Source: Octopus bimaculoides (lineage: Eukaryota). Taken from it: a stretch of DNA of 42,957 nt. The notes beneath the pieces were generated by a model. That model worked only from the letters and a program-made list of their open reading frames with translations, was not told the origin of the DNA and did not search any database. Below, piece after piece: positions 12,009 through 23,135 of the stretch (position 1 is its first letter; each line of letters opens with the position of its first letter). Made by a program: the position numbers and the translations under genes. Location: assembly GCF_001194135.2 (NCBI RefSeq), contig NC_068982.1, positions 124,740,413 through 124,783,369 on the forward strand, written 5' to 3'.

Positions 12009-12235
12009 AGGCAGCGAGCCGGCAGAATCGTTATAGCACCGGACAAAATGCTTAGCGGCATTTCTTTTGACTTTACATTCTCAGTTCGAATGCCATCGAG
12101 GTCGACTTTGCTTTTTATCTATTCGGGATCGATGAAATGAGTACCAGTTGAGCATTGTTTTCGATGTAATCGACTTACCCTTTCCGCCCCCAACCCCGAA
12201 ATCGCTGGCATTGTGCCAAAAATTTGGAGCCAATG
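12009..12235 (+). mobile_element. Family A SINE (A2 tail)
   Basis: ggcagcgagccggcagaatcgttatagcacc...gaggtcgactttgc...ttgtgccaaaaatttgg. Confidence 0.85.
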
Positions 12236-13519
12236 TATACGCATATGTGTATGTATGTTTGTGTGTGCTGTGCAGGGCTTTAAATTGGATTGCTTGAGGT
12301 CGTAACACTTTGACCAGATTGGAGAAGTTTGTTTATCTCCTTTATAAACTATTTAGAACAATCTATATGCATTGATTACAGAACATTCCTGTATGCTTAC
12401 GTTAGTTGTACAGGTTTGCATTTATTGGTTAAAAATCAATCAATAGATTAAAAAAAGTTCGGATAACATTGTTTGTTTTCTATATCGGCAGATTTATTTT
12501 CAAAATGTCGGAGAAATATTTTCTAAACATGGACGATTATATACGTTTATATATATATATATATATATATATATNNNNNNNNNNNNNNNNNNNNNNNNNN
12601 NNNNNNNNNNNNNNNNNNNNNNNNNNNNNNNNNNNNNNNNNNNNNNNNNNNNNNNNNNNNNNNNNNNNNNNNNNNNNNNNNNNNNNNNNNNNNNNNNNNN
12701 NNNNNNNNNNNNNNNNNNNNNNNNNNNNNNNNNNNNNNNNNNNNNNNNNNNNNNNNNNNNNNNNNNNNNNNNNNNNNNNNNNNNNNNNNNNNNNNNNNNN
12801 NNNNNNNNNNNNNNNNNNNNNNNNNNNNNNNNNNNNNNNNNNNNNNNNNNNNNNNNNNNNNNNNNNNNNNNNNNNNNNNNNNNNNNNNNNNNNNNNNNNN
12901 NNNNNNNNNNNNNNNNNNNNNNNNNNNNNNNNNNNNNNNNNNNNNNNNNNNNNNNNNNNNNNNNNNNNNNNNNNNNNNNNNNNNNNNNNNNNNNNNNNNN
13001 NNNNNNNNNNNNNNNNNNNNNNNNNNNNNNNNNNNNNNNNNNNNNNNNNNNNNNNNNNNNNNNNNNNNNNNNNNNNNNNNNNNNNNNNNNNNNNNNNNNN
13101 NNNNNNNNNNNNNNNNNNNNNNNNNNNNNNNNNNNNNNNNNNNNNNNNNNNNNNNNNNNAAATAAACCAAAGAAATTTTAATCTTTCATTCTGACAACTG
13201 AAGGAAATAATTTTTCTTGTCTGATTCCACTCGAAACTAAAAAAAAACTCATTTCTATATACTACTACTACTACTACTCTCCGTGACATGTTTACGCAAC
13301 TCTTTTCTTTCTCTCTCTCTTTTCTTTCTCTCTCTCTTTTCTTTCTCTCTCACTTTGACATTCTCTATCCTTTACCTTCTCTGGCCAACATGTCTCAGTT
13401 ATTCTTTTTGATAGTTTTTACCTTAATTTTAAGCCAACAAATGTACTATTTTCGTATGTTTTACTTAACGATTAAGTTAGCTTAATACTTCGGCCTCTTT
13501 CAAAGAAAGGCGACAGACA

Positions 13520-13560
13520 ACTTGCTGATGATCCTCAGCAGGTTGAAACGTGTCCACAGT
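13520..13560 (+). ncRNA. Degenerate minimal type I hammerhead-like motif
   Basis: CTGATGA (13525-13531), CCT-CAGC-AGG hairpin, GAAAC-GT-GTC, helix I ACTTG/CACAGT with one bulge; T-T mismatch at 10.1/11.1; AATAAA at 13574. Confidence 0.35.
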
Positions 13561-13635
13561 GATCGTACTTACCAATAAAAATGACATTAATCATCACCTG
13601 CCAGGACATCGGCGCATGGGACACTTTGTTCAAGG

Positions 13636-13795
13636 AGGTGGGGAGGTGGAAGGTGGGGAGGTGACAGGTGNNNNNNNNNNNNNNNNNNNNNNNNNNNNNN
13701 NNNNNNNNNNNNNNNNNNNNNNNNNNNNNNNNNNNNNNNNNGGTGGCAGGTGGGGAGGTGGCAGGTGGGGATGGCAGGTGGGGATGGCAGGTAGG
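13636..13795 (+). repeat. G-rich minisatellite of GGTGGGGA/GGTGGCAG-type units spanning a gap
   Basis: Direct reading. Confidence 0.8.
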
Positions 13796-13894
13796 ATTGA
13801 TTTATTCAAAGTTTTACACAAGTAAAAACACAATATTTTTTTTAATAGCAAGTCTGTTTATCAACCAATCATAGAGTTAGCACGAATTAGATTG

Positions 13895-13975
13895 GATTAG
13901 ATTGCCTATGTTCAGCCCACTGCAAGACGTAGGCCTCAACATGTTCTCTTCATCAGCTGATGTGGAGGCCAGAAT
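13895..13975 (-). mobile_element. RTE-clade LINE 3' end fragment
   Basis: Minus strand gag gcc tac gtc ttg cag tgg gct = EAYVLQWA, resembling the EA(Y/F)VQQW C-terminus of RTE ORFs as I recall it. Confidence 0.45.
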
Positions 13976-14277
13976 TTGAGCATGAGATCATACTGGTTTG
14001 ATGAGCCCACTCTGTCAAACTGGCTCAACATGGATTGGTAGAGGGACAGTTAGCATAAATCAGACACATGATATGTAACGTAAAAGATACAATGTTTTCT
14101 GCCTTTCTCAGCACCAAAAATATAAATTACTTGCATATAATTTTTTCCAATAAACATGTCGGCATATTTTTATTTAGTATTCAAGTATTGCTGTACCGTT
14201 TTATCGCCTTTAACCCATTCCGCTCCTTAGCGATATCTTCACACGTCTAAATGCGCAAACTGACTGATCGGCAGAAA

Positions 14278-14484
14278 TGGGTGTGAACTGGCAAAATCAT
14301 TAACACGCCGGGGAAAATGCTTAGCGGCATATCGTCCATTTTGTACTCAAATTCTGCCGAGGTCGACTTTACCTTTCATCCTTTCGGAGTCAATTAAAAA
14401 ATAAGTACCAGTTGAGCACTGAGGTCGATGAAAATGATTTAACCCCTCTCTCAAAATTGCTAGCCTTGTGCTAAAATTTGAATA
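14278..14484 (+). mobile_element. Family A SINE
   Basis: gaactggcaaaatc...gccgaggtcgactttacctttcatcctttcggagtc...ccttgtgctaaaatttga. Confidence 0.85.
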
Positions 14485-14787
14485 TAGCAGATATTTATGC
14501 ATGCGCGCGCGCGCGTGTTTCCGTTGTTTCTATAAAAAGGCTTCCTTAGCAACCATGTTCACATTTGAGGACAAAGTATTCTCAGAAATTACTTGAGATT
14601 TTGCTTTTATTTACTTCAGCATTTCTCATTATTGCACAACGACATCTACTGTACAACAGTAATGCTCTATTTATCTCTATTTTGCCAATAGTTATATATT
14701 TATGTCAGCTCACGTAGGAAATATTCCACGATAAGTGGCACATTTTATTAAAGCATGTCCAATAAGCCCACGAGGAAGCCTATAGAT

Positions 14788-14999
14788 GGTCACTCGACAG
14801 GCTAAAGATAGCAGTCAAATCTCCTTCAAATTAAATTTTACCTTTTACACAAAGAGAGGAAAAATATCTACATTAGATTATGTTTATTTAAAAACATTAC
14901 ATTGAGAAATGTAAGACCAGTTAGTCATGGATGGAACGCTTTTGACCATAGGCTTGCTCAGTCAGAGAACTAACCTGGAGCTAGACAACAACAACAACA
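14788..14999 (+). mobile_element. Family E retroposon ending in (AAC)n
   Basis: ggtcactcgac.ggcta..gatagcagtcaaatctcc...ctagacaacaacaac; homologous to 19725-19912 and 34832-35010. Confidence 0.7.
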
Positions 15000-17138
15000 T
15001 CTATTTTACATTTTAGTAGACGGTAATAAATCTTTAAATTCTCTCAGGTTCATAATCTCCTACCTAAAGACAACAGTACTAGATTGCTGGAATAATGGCG
15101 GAAGAAAATGCAGATAAATGTTCGGTCTCCGTGTGAATCTGAAGATAAACTTACATTAGCTAACGTAAATTGTTGATAACGAAAGCTAAAGAAACTAAAC
15201 AGTTTATATGGTTTCCTTCAAATGATTGATTGATACATTGAATAAAATATCTATTTTTTGGGTCGTCTATTCAACGAAAAGCCGTAATTTCATCAAGTTT
15301 TCACGTGGGGATTCATAACTTGGTGTGCAATGAATACATCCGCGTTTTTTTCCCCCCTGACATTTATATTATCCTAAGTCTATAGATATTAATAATGTAA
15401 AATAACTCTATATATTACAACTTTCTTCTACCTCTTGTCACTGGAAATATATAAAACGTTACGTGAAACAGATTGTCTTTACAAATGGTCTTCTTTTAAT
15501 AGAAACGGATATATAAGCTGGAAAAAGAAATATAACCCTAACATGACATGTTTATTATACTTACATCTTTTGAAGAATCGATTGCGGTGTTATTCCATAT
15601 GACGCAATATATTATAAAAAAAGACCTGCATAAAAGACTGTATCCCTGTTGGCAGTTATTTTATAAGCGTTAGTGATGGGCGCAAGAATGGTTGTGCTAT
15701 TATGAAGAGAACTTGGAAACTACGTAGTTTTAGCTTTGATAACACTACGCAGCATTTTAGACAAGTATCTCCTACCATTGCGCCTTGTCAATCATAGCAT
15801 TACAAATAAAATTAATTTTATTGGTGGAAACTAAGTAGAAGTACCTCGTTGAGATGATTACTGTTCTTGTGTGAACGTTTTAATCCCTCGCTTGATTTTA
15901 AACCATCACCTTGACTGCTTTGGTGTTTTCGTCAGATTTCAGTCCGTTGTTAGCTTTCGATCGGGTCTCCAGTCAATGGATAACTTCTTCCTGCTCTCTT
16001 ATTAGACTTGCGGGGCTGTGAAAACCATGATGGGCGCGGTCTTTCTTCTTTAACTACATCATTAACAAAAAAAAAAAAAAGACAAAAGTTAAGACTATTG
16101 ATTATGATAAGATATCTTCTGCATAATACTAAAATAGTAATCTCAAATAATTTAAGAGCAACAAGAAAGTGTGTGGGTTGAGTAACAAACTTAGATATTT
16201 GTGAAATCATATAAGATGGCGTCTGATACAAAATAAACAGTAATATCTTTTAAACCAAACATTTAAATATAGTTTTTAGAAAGAATACAATGAGTGTTGT
16301 TTTACAAAGTAAGTAATCCTTTTATTTCGTTAAATAAAATGGTTTTTGTTTGCTTTATATTGATTTTGTGAATAGGGATAATCTAACATTTGGTGTCTCA
16401 AATCCTGCTTGAATCTAAAATTCAAAACGCAAAATGGAGATAGTGGGAATATCATTCATGCAGAATAGGTATCTGCATTTTTGATATGAAAACTTCCAGG
16501 TTAACTTGCCCTGCCATTTCTTTCATTACCTTAAGTCTTTCCTCCTGACCATCAATATGACTTCTGTAAAGTCAGGTTTACCGAAGATTTACTCTCTTAG
16601 ATATCAATAAACTAATGTTGGTTCTATATAAGCAAAACGTTAGAGTCTCTCTTTCTGTCCACTGTGCGAACATAGTAGCAACGTTGCTCGGCCACCTATG
16701 GGTTTCGCCTCTCTCTCACCTCTTGGACAAGAGTATTTATGCTTAGACATTACTGCCTCTCCGACTCATATTTTATCATCTCTGATATACCTCAAGTATC
16801 TGCTACATTTCCTAAACTTTTAGTTTTGCACATTAATGAGCTATTAACTGTTAATCTTAACCACACACACACCACACACACACTTATATATCACCTTTCC
16901 TTTTTTCGCATTCTCCACGAAGGCATCATCCTTACGTTATCTTGACACCTCATATTAGACACACAACCCTTTCATAAACAAACATCTTGATCGCATCTGC
17001 CAATGAAGTCGTGCCAACCTATTCCGTTCAACACCACCCAAACAAAGTCACTACACGTATGATGTTTACAACACTACACCTTTCTTGCTCACGTACAACA
17101 CATAACTAAAACCTTTACAAATATTATATATCCCATTA

Positions 17139-17360
17139 TGGTGGCGAACTTGCAGGATCGTTAGCACGCCAGGCACAATGCTTAGCGGCATTTCGTTCGC
17201 CTTTACGTTCTAGGTTCAAATTCGTATGCGGTCGACTTTGCCTTTCATTTTTTTTTCGGGATTGATAAATTAAGTACCAACTGAGTACTGGGGTCGATGT
17301 AATCGATTTACCCCCTCCTCCGAACTTGCTAGCCTTGTGCCAAAATTTGAAACCAATATT
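17139..17360 (+). mobile_element. Family A SINE, full length
   Basis: Head, GGTTCAAATTC B-box, Nin-like body, tail ccttgtgccaaaatttgaaaccaatatt. Confidence 0.9.
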
Positions 17361-17469
17361 ATATATTGCATTCTCTGGAAAACTTATATGGCGACTTAGT
17401 TAAGTCTTTCATGAACCCTAGGATTCATAAGGCCGGTACTTAATCCAATTTCCATAGCATATAAGTGAC

Positions 17470-17690
17470 TGAGATAACCCCCACACACACACACACTTTG
17501 AACGGGATACTAGTCTGTTGCCTGGTTAACTTCTCAGTTATTGCTGGAAGTCATTTACAGCTGAGTGAACTGAGGCAAGGTGAAATGAAGTGTTCTGTTC
17601 AAAAACACAACGCACTGTCCGCTCCCGCAATGGTATCCACAATCTTATGACCGTGAGTGAAACACTCCAGTTACTAGGACACACGCCTTT
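17470..17690 (-). mobile_element. Family D SINE with degenerate tail Y
   Basis: Reverse strand gcgttgtg..ttgaacagaacacttcatttcaccttgcctcagttcactcagctgtaaatg...gcaacagactagtatcccgttca. Confidence 0.65.
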
Positions 17691-17749
17691 GGCTATATAT
17701 TAAGAATATTTCCAAAACTGCACATCATATGTATATATGTATTATATTC

Positions 17750-17915
17750 GCAAACGTGGGCTAAGAAGTGAGCTAAGGGGTTTTCTTCTCAACCACATGA
17801 TTTCAGGTTCAGTCCCACTGCATAGCATCTTGTGCAAGTGTCTCCTACAATAACTTCGGGTCGAACAACGCTTTGTGAATAAATTTGGTAGACAGAAATT
17901 GAAAGAAGCCAGTTG
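17750..17915 (+). mobile_element. Family B SINE 5' half
   Basis: aaccacatgatttcaggttcagtcccactgc...gcaagtgtc...ggtagacagaaattgaaagaagcc. Confidence 0.8.
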
Positions 17916-18106
17916 TGCGTGTGTGTGTATGTGTGTTTAAAAATATAAAAGTGTATAGAATATTTCTATACACAAAGAGGTGACCTTTGACAGGACTCCT
18001 TACGTGCCAAGAAGACAAGTTAGAACCTAAACCACGAAAAAAAAAAAAAAGGATTCACGAGGCGCGCCGATTATAAGACTAGAACAAACAAAAAAATGAA
18101 TTAGTT

Positions 18107-18178
18107 AATCCCGGACTCGAGTTTCGCCATTAATTTCCAAATAAACTAATTTGGGATCTGTGTCTCATCAGCGAGATC
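18107..18178 (-). ncRNA. Minimal type I hammerhead ribozyme, copy 1
   Basis: Minus strand GATCTCG CTGATGA GACA-[cagat-CCCAAAT-tagttt-ATTTGG-aaattaa]-TGGC GAAA CTCGAGTC/CGGGATT. All core positions intact, G10.1-C11.1, palindromic ACTCGAGT helix III, GUC triplet, 7-bp helix I. Confidence 0.8.
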
Positions 18179-18616
18179 GTTAATTAATGAATAATTATGT
18201 AGTTGCAAATACGTACCGAAAACACGTGCTGCGCATAAGAGCTATATCTTTATCCATTATGGATTCGAACTTAGTGCGGGAGCGTAAATATATAGTCCAG
18301 CAGTAAATAAATAAATTTAAAACTGTCTCCTATACAACCTCTGAATTATAAATATTACTATTGTAAATATGAGGGTAATAAATTAAAATAATCTATTATC
18401 AGTGGTTAGCATACATAAATAAAACTCATAAAGCATAGCATATTTTTAAAAATATAAAAGTGCATAGAATATTTCTATACACAAAGAGGAGACCTTTGAC
18501 AGGACTCCTTACATGCTAAAGAGGCCAGTTAAAACCTAAACCACACACACACAAAAAAGGGGGATTCATGAGGCACGCCGATTATAAAACTAGAACGAAC
18601 AAAAAATGAGTTAGTT

Positions 18617-18684
18617 AATCCCAGACTCGAGTTTCGCCATTAATTGCTAAATAAACTAATTTGGGATCTGTGGCTCATCAGCGA
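18617..18684 (-). ncRNA. Minimal type I hammerhead ribozyme, copy 2
   Basis: Minus strand TTCG CTGATGA GCCA-[...]-TGGC GAAA CTCGAGTC/TGGGATT. Core intact, perfect 4-bp helix II base; helix I weakened by a 16-nt deletion relative to copy 1. Confidence 0.75.
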
Positions 18685-19320
18685 ATAATTATGATAGTTA
18701 TATATATATATATATANNNNNNNNNNNNNNNNNNNNNNNNNNNNNNNNNNNNNNNNNNNNNNNNNNNNNNNNNNNNNNNNNNNNNNNNNNNNNNNNNNNN
18801 NNNNNNNNNNNNNNNNNNNNNNNNNNNNNNNNNNNNNNNNNNNNNNNNNNNNNNNNNNNNNNNNNNNNNNNNNNNNNNNNNNNNNNNNNNNNNNNNNNNN
18901 NNNNNNNNNNNNNNNNNNNNNNNNNNNNNNNNNNNNNNNNNNNNNNNNNNNNNNNNNNNNNNNNNNNNNNNNNNNNNNNNNNNNNNNNNNNNNNNNNNNN
19001 NNNNNNNNNNNNNNNNNNNNNNNNNNNNNNNNNNNNNNNNNNNNNNNNNNNNNNNNNNNNNNNNNNNNNNNNNNNNNNNNNNNNNNNNNNNNNNNNNNNN
19101 NNNNNNNNNNNNNNNNNNNNNNNNNNNNNNNNNNNNNNNNNNNNNNNNNNNNNNNNNNNNNNNNNNNNNNNNNNNNNNNNNNNNNNNNNNNNNNNNNNNN
19201 NNNNNNNNNNNNNNNNNNNNNNNNNNNNNNNNNNNNNNNNNNNNNNNNNNNNNNNNNNNNNNNNNNNNNNNNNNNNNNNNNNNNNNNNNNNNNNNNNNNN
19301 NNNNNNNNNNNNNNNNNNNN

Positions 19321-19405
<85 letters not shown>

Positions 19406-19724
19406 CAACTTTCCCCTCCTCTCAAAATTGCTGACCTTGTCCCGAAATTAGAAAGAATATTTTAACGAAGAATAGCAAACAGGAAGCTCGTAGAATTGAA
19501 AAAAAAAGACATTTAAATATTTTATGTAATATGTATAAATCATATACTGCAAATATTTATAATTACCATGATTTTAGTAGCATTTTAAAAATACTTGTCA
19601 ATTAGTTTACGAGGCTGTTCGTTGTTGATCGATCGGCTAGATGCTAGAAACAGCAGCCAATATTCCTTGGAAGTATATCCCAGCGTTTTAGGATCTATAT
19701 CTTTTTAAAAAACACGTACTAGTT

Positions 19725-19912
19725 GGTCATTCGACCAGTTAAAAATAGCAGCCAAAATTTCCTGATATCACGTCCCAGCGGTTTACAGAAGAAGGACACA
19801 TTAGATAATCTGGTCATGGATTCAGTGAGGCCAAGAAAAGAAACAAAATGATCAAGGCTGGAATGCGTTTGATTGGAGAACTGACCTTGGAGGAGGGGTG
19901 GGGCTAAACAAC
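19725..19912 (+). mobile_element. Family E retroposon
   Basis: ggtcattcgacc..taaaaatagcagccaaa...aaggacacattagataat...gctggaatgcgtttga...ggggctaaacaac. Confidence 0.7.
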
Positions 19913-19917
19913 AGCCC

Positions 19918-19967
19918 CCAACAACTACTTCTACCACCACCACTGCTGTCACTATAAAAACCACCAT

Positions 19968-20003
<36 letters not shown>

Positions 20004-20390
20004 AGCCACCACCACTATCACCACTACTTCGTGTAGTAATACTACAACTACTATCACCGCTACCACTTCTTTTAATACTGATACAACTACCACAACCATC
20101 ATCACCACTACAACTTCCACTACCTCTACCAGTACCAGCACCAGCACCACCACTGCCACCACTAACACAATCACCACCACCACCACCACCACCACCACTA
20201 CTACTATTACTACTACTACTACTACTACAGTCACCACCACTATCACCACTACTTCGCTATTACTACGACCACTACCACTTCTTTTAATACTGCTACAACT
20301 ACCACAGCCATCATCACCACTAGAACAACCACTACCAGCACCAGCACCAGCACCACCACTGCAACCACTACCACCACCACCACCATCAGC
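19918..20390. repeat. Compound (ACT/ACC/AGC)n trinucleotide tract with internal higher-order duplication
   Basis: Direct reading; block ctatcaccactacttcg...accacttcttttaatactg.tacaactaccaca.ccatcatcaccacta occurs twice. Confidence 0.9.
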
Positions 20391-21310
20391 TATTTTCATG
20401 ATTTACGTCAACAGGTATGCATAAAATAAATTGTAAATTAATAACAGTTTTAAAATTCATGTAATTTTAACATATATTTGTGTGCTGTTTAGCGGTTTAT
20501 ATGTATTTGTATTGTATAAATCTATAATATAGTTGTAGCAGCTATTAAAATGTCGTTAGCAACCGTCTGAGATTTATCTTCCTTAACAGCCAGCTGATGC
20601 GCGCGTGCGCGTGCGTGCGTGTGTATTTTCAATGTGAATTACATTAGTCTTCTATCAACAAGCAATGCTCTTACAGTATCCTGTAAAATCCTGCTCAGAT
20701 CTAGCCTAGCATTGAAGATAAAACACAGTTTGTTTTGAAGAAATATCAATAACCTTCCTTATACTATGAACCGTACATCTGTGATGTTATGCTATGTTAT
20801 ATATATATATATGTGTGTATTCCTTTTTTTTATTCTTTCTTTATCTCGTAAATAGATGTAGCAGTTGATGGGATCAATAATTTCTAGTGGATTACAGGAA
20901 TGATGATTAAATGAATACGAAAAAGATTAAAAAAAAAAGAAACCCTCAAAACAAAGCAAAAAATAGATAAAAATAAAATGAAACAAGAAACAAACATCGT
21001 GGAGTGTGTTGCCAATTAATTAGGTGTTAGTGACGTCAGTCGGAAGAAAGCCTTGTAAGGAATGCTAACAGATGTAANNNNNNNNNNNNNNNNNNNNNNN
21101 NNNNNNNNNNNNNNNNNNNNNNNNNNNNNNNNNNNNNNNNNNNNNNNNNNNNNNNNNNNNNNNNNNNNNNNNNNNNNNNNNNNNNNNNNNNNNNNNNNNN
21201 NNNNNNNNNNNNNNNNNNNNNNNNNNNNNNNNNNNNNNNNNNNNNNNNNNNNNNNNNNNNNNNNNNNNNNNNNNNNNNNNNNNGGACCTTTATTTGTCTC
21301 TCTATCTGCA

Positions 21311-21312
<2 letters not shown>

Positions 21313-21376
<64 letters not shown>
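21313..21376. repeat. (AAT)n microsatellite
   Basis: Direct reading. Confidence 0.95.
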
Positions 21377-21806
21377 CTTTTCTACTGTAAGCACAAGGCC
21401 TGAAATTTTTGGGGAAGGGATTAAGTCGAATTACGTCAAACCCAGTGCGTAACTGGTATTTATTTAATCGACCCTGAAAGGATGAAAGGCAAAGTTGACC
21501 TCGACGGAATTTGAACTCAGAACGTAAAGACGGACGAAATGCCGCCAAGCATTTTGCCCGGCGTGCCAATGTTTCTTATTTCTTTATTGCCCACAAGGGC
21601 TAAACATAGAGGGGACAAACAAGGACAGACAAAGGGATTGAGTCGATTACATCGACTCCAATGCGTAACTGGTACTTAATTTATCGACCCCGAAAGGATG
21701 AAAGGTAAAGTCGACCTCGGCGGAATTTGAACTCAGAACGTAACGGCAGACGAAATACCGCTAAGCATTTCACCCTGCGTGATAATGTTTCTGCCAGCTC
21801 ACCGCT
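21377..21806 (-). mobile_element. Family A SINE dimer: A1 with T1 tail (21576-21806) joined to A2 (21377-21575)
   Basis: Minus-strand junction cccttgtgggcaataaagaaataa|gaaacattggcacgccggg, the same junction position as at 6327 and 29207. Confidence 0.9.
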
Positions 21807-21843
21807 TTAATAATAATAACAACAACGACTATCATTATTATTA

Positions 21844-21886
<43 letters not shown>

Positions 21887-21903
21887 ACTATTACATGTTA
21901 TAT

Positions 21904-22352
21904 TAGATAGCACGGATGTTGTCTTGAGGTTTAATGACAACGAGTCTCTTCAAATCCCAAGAATATTTTTTTAAGATTCTTGCAGGATTGCACTTCTTTG
22001 CAAGTCGACAATGTTAATCTCAATTCAAATATCATTCAGCTTTTTAGGTAGAATTTTGGGTGTTGTGCCAAAAGCACCAATTACCACAAGAATAACTGTC
22101 ATCTTAGTCTTCCACAATCTCTTCTGTCTGGCTAAGTCCTGATATTTCTCGACTTTTCTCATTTCCTTTGGCATCCACTCTATTATCGTTCGGTATTGAA
22201 AAGTCTATGATCTTACACTATTTATCTTGTCGTCTGCAATAATATCCGGTCTTCTTGTTTCAATAGTATGCTCAATCTTTATGGAGAAATTTCATAAAAT
22301 CTTATAATTATTATTTTCTATCACAGCTTCTGGTTCGTGTTTATACCACTTT
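21904..22352 (-). mobile_element. 5'-truncated R4/Dong-like non-LTR retrotransposon (restriction-like endonuclease region), decayed
   Basis: Minus-strand translation with stops and frameshifts: KWYKHEPEAVIENNNYKIL*NFSI...TRRPDII...CKIIDFSIPND...KVEKYQDLA...VIGAFGTTPK, a PD-(D/E)xK RLE signature; 3' end followed by (TAA)n. Confidence 0.8.
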
Positions 22353-22574
22353 TTGCTACTATTACTATTACTATTTTATTTATTTTGCGTTTCAGAGGAA
22401 GATAGACAGTTGCTGAAGTACGTATGTCTCCTCTCTTCACGCCAACGATGTTGTCGAAGAGAAAGACGATAACCTTAAATCCTCTACAGCCTGGTACCTA
22501 CGTCGGTTGTCACGGTCGTTGCTGTCAGGACACAAAGAACCAGTACAGATAGCGTATGGCATCTTGCTCCACCT

Positions 22575-22753
22575 ACTACCAGTTCCGCCAATCCACTGTG
22601 CGGGATTGGTATGTTTTACAACTATTTTACCGTCCCCGAAAAGAAAAAAAGATGAAGCTGATTTCGGCGGAATTTGAACTCAGAGAGCAAAGAGTCAGAA
22701 CGAACAACACGAGGTATTCTGTCCAATGCTCTAACACATATACTAATTCACTA
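22575..22753 (-). mobile_element. Degenerate family A SINE
   Basis: ccccgaaaag...cggcggaatttgaactcaga... Confidence 0.7.
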
Positions 22754-23135
22754 AAGTGGCACTCCATCGCTTACGACGTCGAGGGTTCCAGTTGATCCGA
22801 TCATCGGAACAGCCTGCTCGTGAAATTAACGTGCAAGTGGCTGAGCACTCCACGGACACGTGTACCCTTAACGTAGTTCTCGGGGATATTCAGCGTGACA
22901 CAGTGTGACAAGGCTGACCCTTTGAATTACAGGCACAACAGAAACAGGAAGTAAGAGTGAGAGAAAGTTGTGGTGAAAGAGTACAGCAGGGTTCGCCACC
23001 ATCCCCTGCTGGAGCCTCGTGGAGCTTTAGGTGTTTTCGCTCAATAAACACTCACAACGCCCGGTCTGGGAATCGAAACCGCGATCCTATGACCGCGAGT
23101 CCGCTGCCCTAACCATTGGGCTATTGCGCCTCCAC
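22754..23135 (-). mobile_element. Family C-head SINE with tail X, full length, 31-bp TSD
   Basis: Minus strand GTGGAGGCGCAATAGCCCAATGGTTAGGGCAGCGG...GGTTTCGATTCCC; TSD 22723-22753 / 23136-23166 (4 mismatches). Confidence 0.9.

Larger units (their letters stand above)
17936..18693 (-). mobile_element. Hammerhead-bearing direct-repeat element (retrozyme / Penelope pLTR-like): ~250-bp repeat, ~245-bp spacer, ~250-bp repeat
   Basis: Repeat 1 at 17936-18200 and repeat 2 at 18445-18693 are highly similar at an offset of 509-510 bp; each carries a hammerhead core on the minus strand; no ORF. Confidence 0.75.

Noticed and set aside
18261-18271. Pol III B-box (AGTTCGAATCC, minus strand) in the spacer of the hammerhead element
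   Set aside because: No matching A-box, and several T4+ runs on that strand would terminate Pol III; likely chance
19719-20399. 226-aa Val-rich minus ORF and a Thr-rich mucin-like plus frame
   Set aside because: Both follow from ACT/ACC trinucleotide repeats that lack stops; no splice or start context
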